Both the position numbers and the translations under genes were made by a program. Source: an uncultured Alphaproteobacteria bacterium (lineage in GTDB: Bacteria > Pseudomonadota > Alphaproteobacteria > UBA7879 > VGCX01). From it: a DNA stretch of 64,000 bases. The notes below the pieces were generated by a model. The model saw only the letters and a list, made by a program, of their open reading frames with translations, searched no databases and was not told the origin of the DNA. The stretch covers positions 4 to 64,003 of the forward strand of contig CAJXSI010000004.1 in the NCBI GenBank assembly GCA_913061155.1. Reading direction: 5' to 3'. Below, in pieces: positions 11,133 to 21,270 of this stretch (position 1 is its first letter; each line of letters starts with the position of its first letter).

Positions 11133-12223
11133 GATTTATACTTGCTTTTGTCTTTAAAATATAGATAAAGCATCCCTGCCAAAATCGTTGCAAACATAAT
11201 AAGGCCCGCGGCGTACAAGGCTTCTATTCTTTTTGTTCCAATATTAATCAGGCCCATACACAGGACCTGCAAGGTAATTGCGGATACTATTGTGTATATA
11301 ACTGTACTGATTTTTCCATTTCTTGAATAGGCACTGCCTAAAATAAAAATCAAGGCAAGCAAGGTATAAGCAATGGGGTATAAAGGGGAAATCAATCGTT
11401 GGCCTAACTCTACAAACATTCTTAGTTTCTGGCCTTTTTCTTGTGATTCTTGACCCCGGGTGGCCAGTTCCATTATTGAAAATTCATAGGGTTTTTTGGC
11501 CCGTTGAATAGTCGTTTTCTCTGGCCCCGTAATGGCAATAACCGTTTCATCAAAATAAACAATGGATAATTTCTTTGTGACGGGGTTAAAAATCTGACGA
11601 TTTCCATCCTTCATAAGGATATGGGGTACGTCATTTTTGGTAATCAACTTACCTTCTTTGGCGGTAATTGTATAAGGTGACCCATCTTTTTTATCCACAT
11701 AGGCCGTAATGCCTATTAAATTATTCCGCCCCAGCTTTTGGCGGACATAAATCATTGAATCCCCCATTGGGTTAAAAACCCCCGAGGTTACAATTAAGTT
11801 AGGAAAAGAATTTTTTAATTTGTGTTCAACATCCCGAACCTGGCGAAAACTTTCATGCAAAACAAATATATTAATAAAATAAATAAACCCTGTAACAAGA
11901 ATTGCAAAGAATATTGAAGGCTTTGCCAATGACCAATTACTGTACCCACACGCAGACATGACCACTAATTCCCTGTCATTTTGTAATCTGTTATAGACGA
12001 AAATTATTGAAATAAGGGTGGCAATGGGTAAAACGATCACTAATAAATCAGGAACGGTTAACAACATAAGCTTGAAAAAAGTAAAAAAGGATTCACTTGA
12101 TTTTAAAATAAGTTCCACTATCCGCATAGAGTGGACAAGCCACATGCAGCCCAGCAACACAAATGTCAGGGAAAGACATAAAGTTGTGACTTGTCTAAAA
12201 ATTAATTTACTTGCTATTAACAT
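11129..12223 (-). CDS. lptF: LPS export ABC permease LptF
   Basis: YjgP/Q family: YNRLQNDRELVVMSACG and GVFNP; precedes lptG. Confidence 0.9.
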   Translation of the reverse strand: MLIASKLIFRQVTTLCLSLTFVLLGCMWLVHSMRIVELILKSSESFFTFFKLMLLTVPDLLVIVLPIATLISIIFVYNRLQNDRELVVMSACGYSNWSLAKPSIFFAILVTGFIYFINIFVLHESFRQVRDVEHKLKNSFPNLIVTSGVFNPMGDSMIYVRQKLGRNNLIGITAYVDKKDGSPYTITAKEGKLITKNDVPHILMKDGNRQIFNPVTKKLSIVYFDETVIAITGPEKTTIQRAKKPYEFSIMELATRGQESQEKGQKLRMFVELGQRLISPLYPIAYTLLALIFILGSAYSRNGKISTVIYTIVSAITLQVLCMGLINIGTKRIEALYAAGLIMFATILAGMLYLYFKDKSKYKS

Positions 12224-12342
12224 TCTTCTTATCGTGCTTTAATATATGTTTACATATTCATATCATTATTACACGTGAATTCAAATTGTTTGACATAAAA
12301 AAATTTACAAGCTAATAAGTAGAGACAATTGGGATTTTTAAA

Positions 12343-13671
12343 ATGACTTATAAATATATATTTTTACTATCTTTTGTTTTGGCTGGTTTTACCAATGCGT
12401 CCAAGGCCAGCAATTATGTCGTCCCTACTTTTACAAAAGTATCTGACGTCGCCAAAAATAAAAAGAAATACACATACGACGAAAGTAAGATTTGTCAAAA
12501 TGTTACCATTGTCGCCGTTGTTAATGGGGAACCCATTACATCGACAGAACTGACCAATCGCCTGTTAATGATGACAAATGGGGATCTTTCAAAGATTCCG
12601 CAAGAACATATTTCCCAGGCAAAAAAGACGATTTTAAACCAACTGATCAATGAACGCATTCAATTGCAAACCATTAAGTTGGCTGGTCTTACGGTTGATG
12701 AAGCCGATGTTAACCGGGCCATGGAACATGCAGAACATCAAAATAATATGAAACCTGGTCAACTTATTAAAGAACTTAAATCAAAAGGGGTTCCTGAAAA
12801 AACAGTTCGTCAACACTTTGCGGCAAAAGTTGGATGGTATAAATTTATCAGTAATTATTATAGAAACCTTATTGAAGTCAGCAAATCGGACTTAGAAAAC
12901 AAAGAACTTCCCCAAAGCAAACGAAGCCCCAGATACCACTTGGCGGAAATTGTCATTAATTTCGAAAGCTTTGCAGACGAAGATCAAGCCCGCGAAATTG
13001 CCTATCAATTGAATCAGCAACTTAAAGAAGGCCGTCATTTCAGTGAAGCCGCCGTTGCCGTTTCAACCTCTCCTTCGGCTGCAAATGGGGGGGACATTGG
13101 ATGGATTATTGCAGAACAGCTTCAACCTGAAATCCAAGAAGCCTTAAAAGATATGAAACCAAACCAACTTAGTGAACCTATAAGAACGCCAAATTCTTAT
13201 AAAATCATCTTTTTTAGAAACATCAAAACACCGGATAATAAATCTGAAACAATTGATGCACGCCAGTTGGATATCAAGCTTTGCGATAGTTTGTCTGATG
13301 ATCAAAAGGAAGAAGAAATCACCCGGCTAAATGACATGTTTGAATTAATTAAAAGCTGTCGCGAATTTGAAAAAGTAGCCGAACAAATTGAACATTCACA
13401 ATTGCATGTATATAAGGATGTTAGCCTGCCAGAACTATCCACTGATCTACAGACGATTCTGGCTGATCTTCCACTGGGCAAGGTTTCTGACGGCATTAAA
13501 AATAATGACTCTGTGGTATATTTTATGGTTTGTGGCAAAGATGTAAAAGTCGCAGAAAAAATTGATGAAGAAGAAAAATACGATAAAATTGCAAGTTCTC
13601 GTTTGAATGCCGTTGCAGCGCAAAAAACTAATGGCTTAAGGCGCACAGCTTCCGTCGATGTCAGAATATAA
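12343..13671 (+). CDS. surA: SurA-family periplasmic chaperone/PPIase
   Basis: Signal peptide, IVAVVNGEPIT, a rotamase domain (SPSAANGGDIGW) and a position next to rsmA. Confidence 0.88.
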   Translation: MTYKYIFLLSFVLAGFTNASKASNYVVPTFTKVSDVAKNKKKYTYDESKICQNVTIVAVVNGEPITSTELTNRLLMMTNGDLSKIPQEHISQAKKTILNQLINERIQLQTIKLAGLTVDEADVNRAMEHAEHQNNMKPGQLIKELKSKGVPEKTVRQHFAAKVGWYKFISNYYRNLIEVSKSDLENKELPQSKRSPRYHLAEIVINFESFADEDQAREIAYQLNQQLKEGRHFSEAAVAVSTSPSAANGGDIGWIIAEQLQPEIQEALKDMKPNQLSEPIRTPNSYKIIFFRNIKTPDNKSETIDARQLDIKLCDSLSDDQKEEEITRLNDMFELIKSCREFEKVAEQIEHSQLHVYKDVSLPELSTDLQTILADLPLGKVSDGIKNNDSVVYFMVCGKDVKVAEKIDEEEKYDKIASSRLNAVAAQKTNGLRRTASVDVRI

Positions 13672-14446
13672 CCCCAACCTATTTTCAGCAAAGAAAAGTT
13701 TGGGCCAGAACTTTTTAATTGACCTAAATATTATTCAGAAAATAGTCAGGGCGGCAGATATATCCCCTAAAGACGTTATCATAGAGGTTGGCCCTGGTCC
13801 GGGCGCCCTAACCTATCCAATCATCACAAGCACACCAAGGCATCTTTATTTAATTGAAAAAGATACATCCATTGCTGAACACTGGCAAAAACATGAATCA
13901 AAGACAGTTACTGTCGTTAATCAAGATGCTTTAAAGCTGAACATAGGTGATCTAACTGACGGCAAGCCCTGTAAGATAATTTCAAATCTTCCTTATAATG
14001 TGGGGACAGAATTGCTGATTGGCTGGCTGGGGCATCCAAATATCCAATCAATGATTTTAATGTTTCAAAAGGAAGTTGTGGATCGTATTGTTGCAAACCC
14101 TGGTACCAAAGCTTATGGGCGTTTATCAATTCTAACCCAATGGCTTTGTGAAATTGAAAAGCTGTTTGATGTGCCCCCGAATGCCTTTAAGCCTGCGCCC
14201 AAAATCACATCTTCGGTTGTGCGTGTTATTCCACGTAGTAAACCATTGTTTGCTGTGGATCAAAATAAATTGGAACATCTTACCCAGGCCTGTTTTCACC
14301 AACGTCGTAAAATGCTTCGTAAGTCCTTAAAATCTTTGTTTGGAGATAACACTGAAAACATCTGTCAGCAAGCAGGTGTTAACCCCCTATCCCGTCCTGA
14401 AGAACTTTCAATTGAACAGTTCTGTGCACTGGCAAATAAAATTTAA
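13658..14446 (+). CDS. rsmA: 16S rRNA adenine dimethyltransferase
   Basis: KKSLGQNFL, EVGPGPGALT, ISNLPYNVG and HQRRKMLR. Confidence 0.97.
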   Translation: MSEYNPNLFSAKKSLGQNFLIDLNIIQKIVRAADISPKDVIIEVGPGPGALTYPIITSTPRHLYLIEKDTSIAEHWQKHESKTVTVVNQDALKLNIGDLTDGKPCKIISNLPYNVGTELLIGWLGHPNIQSMILMFQKEVVDRIVANPGTKAYGRLSILTQWLCEIEKLFDVPPNAFKPAPKITSSVVRVIPRSKPLFAVDQNKLEHLTQACFHQRRKMLRKSLKSLFGDNTENICQQAGVNPLSRPEELSIEQFCALANKI

Positions 14447-14484
14447 AAACGGCGGAAAAATATCCCCCATCCTACATTATCAAT

Positions 14485-15174
14485 TTAAGGGTTATAGCCA
14501 TCAAAGGCAGCTTGTTTTTCTATTGTTACGCAGCCTTTTCCCACAGCGCCTTTTAGGGTTAAGAACTTTGAAGCGTCGACTAAAGAGGATGGTGGTGGAA
14601 TCTTAGATATTAAATTAAAAAAAACAGGGGGGCCGTTAATTTCAGATTTAACATAGTTACCGTCTGGTACTTTGACCTTGATACAGCCGTTCCCCAAATT
14701 AACTGTCACTGTTTGTGGTAACAAATTTTTCCAAGAAAAGTCCAAGTTTCCTGATCCAATATCAAATAACATGTTCCCTATGATTTCTGAAACACTAATA
14801 TTCCCCATACCTATCTTAGTTACTATTTTAACCTCTTTTGGCATAGATAATTTAAAACTTGCTGATCTGGAGTCAGAAGATAATTCTGAAGTCTTTTTCC
14901 CTTTGATATTAATGATGCCTCCATCTCTAGATATATCAATATTATATTCTTCAGCAGCACAAGATCGACGATAACTAATGTTAGCAGCAGATCCTTCCGT
15001 CAACGCATTTATTTCCACATCCCCTTTATCATTTTCAATAAAAACCTGCCGAATTTTTCCAAGCGAAAGATTATAAGAAGTCCAATTATTTTTTCCTTGA
15101 CCAACTGCAGGGAATAAAATCATCCCATACAAGCCTGTCAAAATCACTGTATAATGTAATAATTTACTTTTCAT
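14485..15174 (-). CDS. Exported hypothetical protein with DUF4097/adhesin-like beta-strand repeats
   Basis: Signal-peptide-like N-terminus; repeated G.G.I.I motifs (GMGNISV, GSGNLDF, GNGCIKV). Confidence 0.55.
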   Translation of the reverse strand: MKSKLLHYTVILTGLYGMILFPAVGQGKNNWTSYNLSLGKIRQVFIENDKGDVEINALTEGSAANISYRRSCAAEEYNIDISRDGGIINIKGKKTSELSSDSRSASFKLSMPKEVKIVTKIGMGNISVSEIIGNMLFDIGSGNLDFSWKNLLPQTVTVNLGNGCIKVKVPDGNYVKSEINGPPVFFNLISKIPPPSSLVDASKFLTLKGAVGKGCVTIEKQAAFDGYNP

Positions 15175-15302
15175 AAAACAGCCCTCTTATATTTTGAACG
15201 GTGATCATTATATTTAATACGATTATTTGTTTTTTCTATAATATATAGAAAGTTTATATTGATGTATATTAAACATTATCAATTTAATAGAATGGTGAAG
15301 TA

Positions 15303-15884
15303 ATGATAAAAAAATGGACAAAGATTACTGAAAAACCCTTCTTTTTCATCCGCCATGGTCAGACTGATTGGAATGTAAAACATCATGCAATGGGCATAAC
15401 AGACATTCCGTTAAACCAAGTTGGAATGATGCAAGCCCAATCTGCCCATCAACAATTTAAAGGGATTAAGATTGAAAATATATGTTATTCCCCGCTAAAA
15501 CGTGCCTCTTGTACAGCGGAAATTCTTAATGACGTTTTGCAATGTAAAATGCACCCAATTGAAGAACTCAAAGAATTTAATATAGGTCACTTCGCAGGCA
15601 AAAAAATTGGGAGCTGGTTTGATGAATGGGTACAAGGCAAAGATATTCCGGGCGCCGAACATTTTCATGAGTTTGTAGAAAGATCTATTCTTGGGATAAA
15701 CAAAGCCTTAGAGCACAAAGGGCCCGTTCTTATTGTTGCACATGGTGGTGTTTATTGGGCTATAAAACGAGCCATTGCACAACCATATCTTGCAGATTTA
15801 CCCAACTGTATCCTTAGTTTTTTTGGCCCACAGCAGACAACTGGTATATGGAAATGCACCCAATTGAAGAACCAGAAAATTTAA
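15303..15884 (+). CDS. Histidine phosphatase (phosphoglycerate mutase-like) family protein
   Basis: RHGQT, SPLKRA and VAHGG motifs. The last ~10 codons are read from a duplicated segment. Confidence 0.9.
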   Translation: MIKKWTKITEKPFFFIRHGQTDWNVKHHAMGITDIPLNQVGMMQAQSAHQQFKGIKIENICYSPLKRASCTAEILNDVLQCKMHPIEELKEFNIGHFAGKKIGSWFDEWVQGKDIPGAEHFHEFVERSILGINKALEHKGPVLIVAHGGVYWAIKRAIAQPYLADLPNCILSFFGPQQTTGIWKCTQLKNQKI

Positions 15885-15900
15885 TGTAGGTCACTTCGCA

Positions 15901-16539
15901 AGATTATAACCATCGCCAACGCCAAATTAAAACCTTTAACAACATAGTTGATCCACAACACTATTCATCACAGACAATGAAGAGGGTCTGTCTTTGCATA
16001 GAATCGTCGCCCTGGTGCTTGACACCAGGATCCAGACCAGGGGTTGCCGGATACAAACCGCCTGCCTTTTAGCTTATGACTGGATTCCGGATCCAGAAGT
16101 CTATGGCAATCAATTTGTCTGTGATGAACAGTATTATGGATCCCACGGTCAAGCCGTGGGATGACGGCAAAAAAGAAGTGTTATTTACCCAATCCCTTGT
16201 TCCGTCATTGCAAGTATCAATAGGATACGCGGTGATCCATACTGCACCTCCAACCTCGTCGCTCCGCACTTGATCCGGGATCCAGTCATAAGCTTAATGA
16301 CAAACTAAAGTTGTGTCTAGTGAATCCCGCTCTGGGCCCCGCATCAAGTGCGGGGCGACGAAGTGAGATAGGGGCATCATAAACAAAAGGCAGACGCGTC
16401 GAACTCAGTAACCTATGGTCTGGACCCCGCATCAAGTGCAGTGCGACGAAGTTGAGGGGTGTCAAGTGGCACATGGATTCTGTTTGTCGCGCCAACGCCA
16501 ACGCCAAATTAAAACCTGCAACAACATAGTTGATGACAA
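15901..16539. repeat. Palindromic mosaic array A: REP copies at 16004-16034(+), 16137-16167(-), 16256-16284(+), 16333-16361(-) and 16421-16449(-), a collapsed copy at 16081-16094, and IS110 3'-end modules at both borders
   Basis: Read directly: YGTC-stem-CTTGA-stem-CCA units, with spacer modules shared with arrays B-D. Confidence 0.9.
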
Positions 16540-16578
16540 ACTAAAACTGAAATCAAAAATATTATTTAATAAAATGGC

Positions 16579-18798
16579 TTAAGAAAAACGATTGGATCTT
16601 GGAAATCCAGGAGGGGCAAAGCGACCCGTGCTGGCGCGTTTACCAACCCATTCTTGCACATTTTCCAATGTATATTGCTTTTTCCCGTTTTGCCATGACA
16701 GACCTTCTTGCAAGGTAAAGACTTTTAAATCAGACAAACCGCCACCACGATATTTCTGTAAAATAACCCCACGACCGCGGGTCATTAAAGGAATTTCTGA
16801 AATTGGCACAACCAATAAACGACGGTTTTCACCGATCATGGCAACATAGTCCCCATCGGCAGGCACAACCACCTGGGCTTTGGCGGGGGCCTTAACATTC
16901 AAAATTTGCTTTCCATTTTTGGTTTGCGCAAAGACATCTTTTTCATTAACCATAAATCCACGCCCGTCATCAGCCGCCACCAAAAGTTGGCGTTGGCTAT
17001 CCCCTTTGGCTGTAAGAACAGTCAGAATATTACTATCATTTTCAAGGTCAATCAATAAGCGCAATGGCTCTCCAAAGCCACGGCCACGGGGAATTTTGTC
17101 CCCAATAATGGTATAAAACCGCCCATTATCAACAAAGAATAAAATCTGGTCTGTTGTTTCGGCCTTGATTATTTGGAAGACTTTATCCCCCTCTTTAAAC
17201 TTGAAATCATGATCATCTTGATGGCCTTTTACCGCACGAATCCAACCTTTTTCAGACAGAATAATGGTAATTGGTTCTTTATCAATCATGGCTTCAAGCG
17301 GCATATCTTCAACTTCGTTCGCCGTTTCAAACTGGGTACGGCGTGCCCCAATCTGGGTTGACTTCCCAAATATTTTTTGGATTTGTTTTATTTCACCTTT
17401 GATCTTTTGCCAGCAAAGTTTTTCATCTTTCAACAAACCTTCCAGTTCTGATTTTTCCGCACTTAAGGCTGAATGTTCTTGCTTTATTTCAATTTCTTCA
17501 AGCTTGCGCAAAGACCGCAAACGCATATTTAAAATGGCATCCGCCTGAATTTCGGTCAGATGCCATTTGGCCATCATGATCTGTTTTGCATCGTCTTCTT
17601 CACGAATAATGCGAATTACCTCGTCCAAGTTTAAGTAGGCAATTAAATAGCCCTCTAGAATTTGCAGACGATGATTAATTTTATCCAAGCGGTGGATGCT
17701 GCGATTTTTTAAAACCACCAAACGGTGATCTAGAAAGGCTTGAAGAACCTCTTTCAAATTTAATACACGGGGCACATTATGCCCATCCACAACATTCATA
17801 TTTAATGAAGTACGTGTTTCCAAATCTGTTTGTTTAAACAAGGCCTGCATTAAAACTTCGGGTTTTACATTGCGACTTTTGGGGATTAACACGATACGCA
17901 CATCTTCCGTGGATTCATCTTGGATATCGGCTAAAATCGGTAATTTTTTGGACAACACCAAATCAGCCAAGCGTTCAACCAAACGACTTTTGGGAACTTG
18001 ATAGGGGATTTCAGTTATTATAATTTGATATTGGCCGCCTTTGACTTCTTCTACTTCATACTTTGCGCGAATACGAAAACTGCCGCGGCCTGTTTTGTAG
18101 GACTGAAGAATAGAGGCAGGTTCTTCAACCATGATGCCCCCTGTCGGAAAATCTGGGCCTTGAACATGCTCAACCAATTCTTCAATCGTTGAACTGGGCT
18201 TTCGAATAATTTGTAACAATGCTTCGCATAATTCATCTGCATTATGGGGGGGAATACTGGTGGCCATGCCCACTGCAATTCCCTCTGACCCATTGGCTAA
18301 CAAGTTTGGGAAGGCCGATGGCATAACAATCGGTTCTTGAAATTCCCCATCATAAGTGGATTTCATGGGAACAGATTCTTCTTCTAAGCCAATCATCATG
18401 GCTTCGGCAACGGCTGTTAATTTTGCCTCTGTATAACGCATCGCCGCCGCGTTATCCCCATCAATATTTCCAAAGTTCCCTTGCCCAAGGATCAAAGGAT
18501 ATCGAATGGTAAAATCTTGGGCAAGACGCACCAATGTATTATAGACGGCCAATTCCCCATGTGGGTGAAACTTACCAATGACGTCCCCAATAATACGGGC
18601 TGATTTTTTTGGGCTGCCTTTAGAATCCAATTTCAATTGACGCATCGCAAACAATATACGACGATGCACCGGTTTTAAACCATCCCGAACATCCGGTAAG
18701 GATCTGGACATAATTGTCGACAAAGCATAAGAAAGATACCGTTCACTTAACGCTTCTTTAAAAGAGACTGGTTTTATATTGGTTTTCTGGTCTGTCAT
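16579..18798 (-). CDS. parC: DNA topoisomerase IV subunit A
   Basis: YLSYALSTIMSRSLPDVRDGLKPVHRR, GDNAAAMRYTE, no GyrA box; downstream of recO. Confidence 0.96.
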   Translation of the reverse strand: MTDQKTNIKPVSFKEALSERYLSYALSTIMSRSLPDVRDGLKPVHRRILFAMRQLKLDSKGSPKKSARIIGDVIGKFHPHGELAVYNTLVRLAQDFTIRYPLILGQGNFGNIDGDNAAAMRYTEAKLTAVAEAMMIGLEEESVPMKSTYDGEFQEPIVMPSAFPNLLANGSEGIAVGMATSIPPHNADELCEALLQIIRKPSSTIEELVEHVQGPDFPTGGIMVEEPASILQSYKTGRGSFRIRAKYEVEEVKGGQYQIIITEIPYQVPKSRLVERLADLVLSKKLPILADIQDESTEDVRIVLIPKSRNVKPEVLMQALFKQTDLETRTSLNMNVVDGHNVPRVLNLKEVLQAFLDHRLVVLKNRSIHRLDKINHRLQILEGYLIAYLNLDEVIRIIREEDDAKQIMMAKWHLTEIQADAILNMRLRSLRKLEEIEIKQEHSALSAEKSELEGLLKDEKLCWQKIKGEIKQIQKIFGKSTQIGARRTQFETANEVEDMPLEAMIDKEPITIILSEKGWIRAVKGHQDDHDFKFKEGDKVFQIIKAETTDQILFFVDNGRFYTIIGDKIPRGRGFGEPLRLLIDLENDSNILTVLTAKGDSQRQLLVAADDGRGFMVNEKDVFAQTKNGKQILNVKAPAKAQVVVPADGDYVAMIGENRRLLVVPISEIPLMTRGRGVILQKYRGGGLSDLKVFTLQEGLSWQNGKKQYTLENVQEWVGKRASTGRFAPPGFPRSNRFS

Positions 18799-18882
18799 TT
18801 TTGTCTTAAATTATATTATTTACTTAGGTATCCAACCTGATGATGTCACTGATTATAAACGATGGCGCATGCAGTAACAGCA

Positions 18883-19608
18883 TTAAATTGGATAACTCTT
18901 TAACAGATTAACTAAGCGCTCTCGCATAGTAAAGAACTCTTTATACTTGGGTTCACAATAATGAATTTTCATAAAGTATTCTGTCAATTGAAACCCTTCT
19001 ATTATTTGATTTTTATCAGCTTTTACCCCTTGTGTCAAAAATCCAGGTAACGGCAATAATTTATCTTTGTAAGGCCCTGCGGCCCCCGATGCAACGGCCC
19101 GCCCTGTTTTTGGCGATACATATTTTAAATCGTCAAAGGAACCTGTAACACAGCATTGATCTAACTTTAAGGCAAATCCCAATTCCCCTATCATCGTTAA
19201 TTCAAACTTAATATAATATTGCAGCCAATCTTCAGTCGATAAGGATTCAATGAATTTTAATAATTCTTGATATAGATATTCATAAGGGTGCCGTTCTGGC
19301 AAGACTTTTATAATAAAGCCAGTTACGGCTGATAAGGCCAGCATTTTTTGTTGGGATTCAATAATGGCCCCCAAAGAACTTTTGATTAATTCTAAAGAGA
19401 AAGTACCAAGATGTTCGTCCAATCTTGCCCGCCATGTGGCCTGAACCAGGGATCCAGGTGAAACAGCCAACCGCATATTTTTTGATTTAAGGCTACGTGC
19501 CACCCCTGTACAATGGCCATTATTTTGGGTCAAAAGGTGAATAACACCTTTTCCTTCCCCAAACGGGCGGACACCTAAAACAATGCCATTATCTTGCCAT
19601 GTCGCCAT
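18883..19608 (-). CDS. recO: DNA repair protein RecO
   Basis: W.D.GIVLG.RPFGE, WRARLDEHLG, CCVTG...YVSPKTGRAV. Confidence 0.96.
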   Translation of the reverse strand: MATWQDNGIVLGVRPFGEGKGVIHLLTQNNGHCTGVARSLKSKNMRLAVSPGSLVQATWRARLDEHLGTFSLELIKSSLGAIIESQQKMLALSAVTGFIIKVLPERHPYEYLYQELLKFIESLSTEDWLQYYIKFELTMIGELGFALKLDQCCVTGSFDDLKYVSPKTGRAVASGAAGPYKDKLLPLPGFLTQGVKADKNQIIEGFQLTEYFMKIHYCEPKYKEFFTMRERLVNLLKSYPI

Positions 19609-19648
19609 TTATATTTCCTAAGCACGGATGATATTCTTATTAATTTGC

Positions 19649-19791
19649 GGGATTGTTACCCGCTGATATTTTTCTGGAGCGCGTTTTAGGAAAAGATAGA
19701 TTTGTAGGCGCAGCGTACCTGGCGTACGGGAGACATCAGAAATAATATTTTCAGCTAAAACCATTCCAAAAGTGTGTTTTGCAACGATCCC
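19649..19791 (-). repeat. About 143-bp RPE-1-like MITE, copy 1
   Basis: Imperfect TIRs GGGATTGTTAC...GCAACGATCCC and an internal GCAGCGTACCTGGCGTACG. It aligns end to end with 59000-59138. Confidence 0.75.
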
Positions 19792-19825
19792 TTAAAGACT
19801 TTATCACTATCGGGCCCCGTATGTC

Positions 19826-19880
19826 ATCAACTATGTTGTTGCTGGTTTTAATTTGGCGTTGGCGATGGTGATAATCTTAC
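19826..19880 (-). mobile_element. Isolated 3'-end fragment of the IS110 element (encodes ..[15 protein letters not shown] followed by TTGAT)
   Basis: Near-identical to 38030-38085 and 15901-15952. Confidence 0.85.
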
Positions 19881-19979
19881 TGAATTTAACGGACTGTTGC
19901 GTAGCCGTTCTTTTTGGCCGATTTTTGACGTGGGCAGGAATCAATTGAAACAGAACAAGATCTTAAACCAGTCTATGTT

Positions 19980-21203
19980 TTAGCTTTGCTTTTTGACATG
20001 GGAAGGAATCAATAGAAACAGGGCAAAACAGCTGAACAAGCTGATGGCGGCACTGGTTAAGAACAACGTAGAATGACCGTACATATCCCAAATTGTGCCG
20101 GCAAACCAACTGGATATAAAGATCGCGATTCCCATTGTAATATAGAAAATACCAAAGGCTGTCCCGCGGATATATTGCGGCGTTACATCTGAAATAAGCG
20201 AGACAAATATAGATTGCGTAATACCAAACTGCGCCCCCCACAAAAACACCCCGCACATTACCAGAAAAATACTATGCGTTATCGCCATCGTTACCCCGGC
20301 AAAAATCATCAAAAGAAACCCGCCTAACAAGACCTTACGACGTTCCATTGTATCGGAAAGACGGCCCAAAGGATACGCAACCAAAAATTGTCCTACGTTA
20401 AAAACCAACATAACTAAGGAAATATTTTCATTCAAAAGACCTGCGTCACGAACCCTGAAAACCAGATAGGATTCCCCAAAATGGGCCAGTTGAAAAATGG
20501 CTGTCAGAATAATAATTTTCCAATACGATCGGTTAAGTTCTTTAAAGGCACTCCACCGAAATTTCTTTTCATGTTTTTCTTCATCGCTGACAGTAAATTT
20601 ATTTTTGTGATTGGGTTCTTTAACGCAAAAAACAAATAGAATCAAGGCAAACCCTGCAGGGATTGTTGCATATAAAAACAAGGTGCGTAGGGAAATATCT
20701 GAATAAGTAAGAATAACGACAACTAAGGCAGAACCAATGAAAGAGCCCGCTGTTTTCAAAGACTTCGTCAACCCGTAAGATGCACCCCGAACACCCTTAG
20801 GGGCCAAATCACCAATCAATGCATCGCGCGGAGATGCCTGAATTCCGTTACTTATCCGATCCAAAGAACGAATCCAAAAGATCCAAACAACACTGCCCGC
20901 CATGGCGAACATAGGCTTTACAAGCATGGATAACGTATACCCCACCCCTAAGACAGCTTTGCGATTTTGAAAGATATCCCCGACAGCGCCGGAAAAGATA
21001 CGGATCAGATAAGCAACGAATTCAACGAATCCATCAATGCGTCCTACTTCTGTTCTAGAGGCCCCCAGTTCAGTTTCCATGAACAAAGGCATAACACTGA
21101 ACACCATAATTGTCGCAAGGTTGATCAAAAGGCCTACAAGACCTAATATCCATATACCTTTGGGAAGACCCAGAATTTTTTTCTCGTTTATATTTGGCAT
21201 CAA
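19980..21203 (-). CDS. MFS transporter
   Basis: About 12 hydrophobic segments; GAVGDIFQNRK, RDALIGD and GRLSDTMERRK motif-A-like loops. Confidence 0.92.
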   Translation of the reverse strand: MMPNINEKKILGLPKGIWILGLVGLLINLATIMVFSVMPLFMETELGASRTEVGRIDGFVEFVAYLIRIFSGAVGDIFQNRKAVLGVGYTLSMLVKPMFAMAGSVVWIFWIRSLDRISNGIQASPRDALIGDLAPKGVRGASYGLTKSLKTAGSFIGSALVVVILTYSDISLRTLFLYATIPAGFALILFVFCVKEPNHKNKFTVSDEEKHEKKFRWSAFKELNRSYWKIIILTAIFQLAHFGESYLVFRVRDAGLLNENISLVMLVFNVGQFLVAYPLGRLSDTMERRKVLLGGFLLMIFAGVTMAITHSIFLVMCGVFLWGAQFGITQSIFVSLISDVTPQYIRGTAFGIFYITMGIAIFISSWFAGTIWDMYGHSTLFLTSAAISLFSCFALFLLIPSHVKKQS

Positions 21204-21270
21204 TTTTTTCGATATTAAAAAAGAAAGGTACTCAACTTAAGGTTAAAAAACAACCCCTATAATAAAATAA

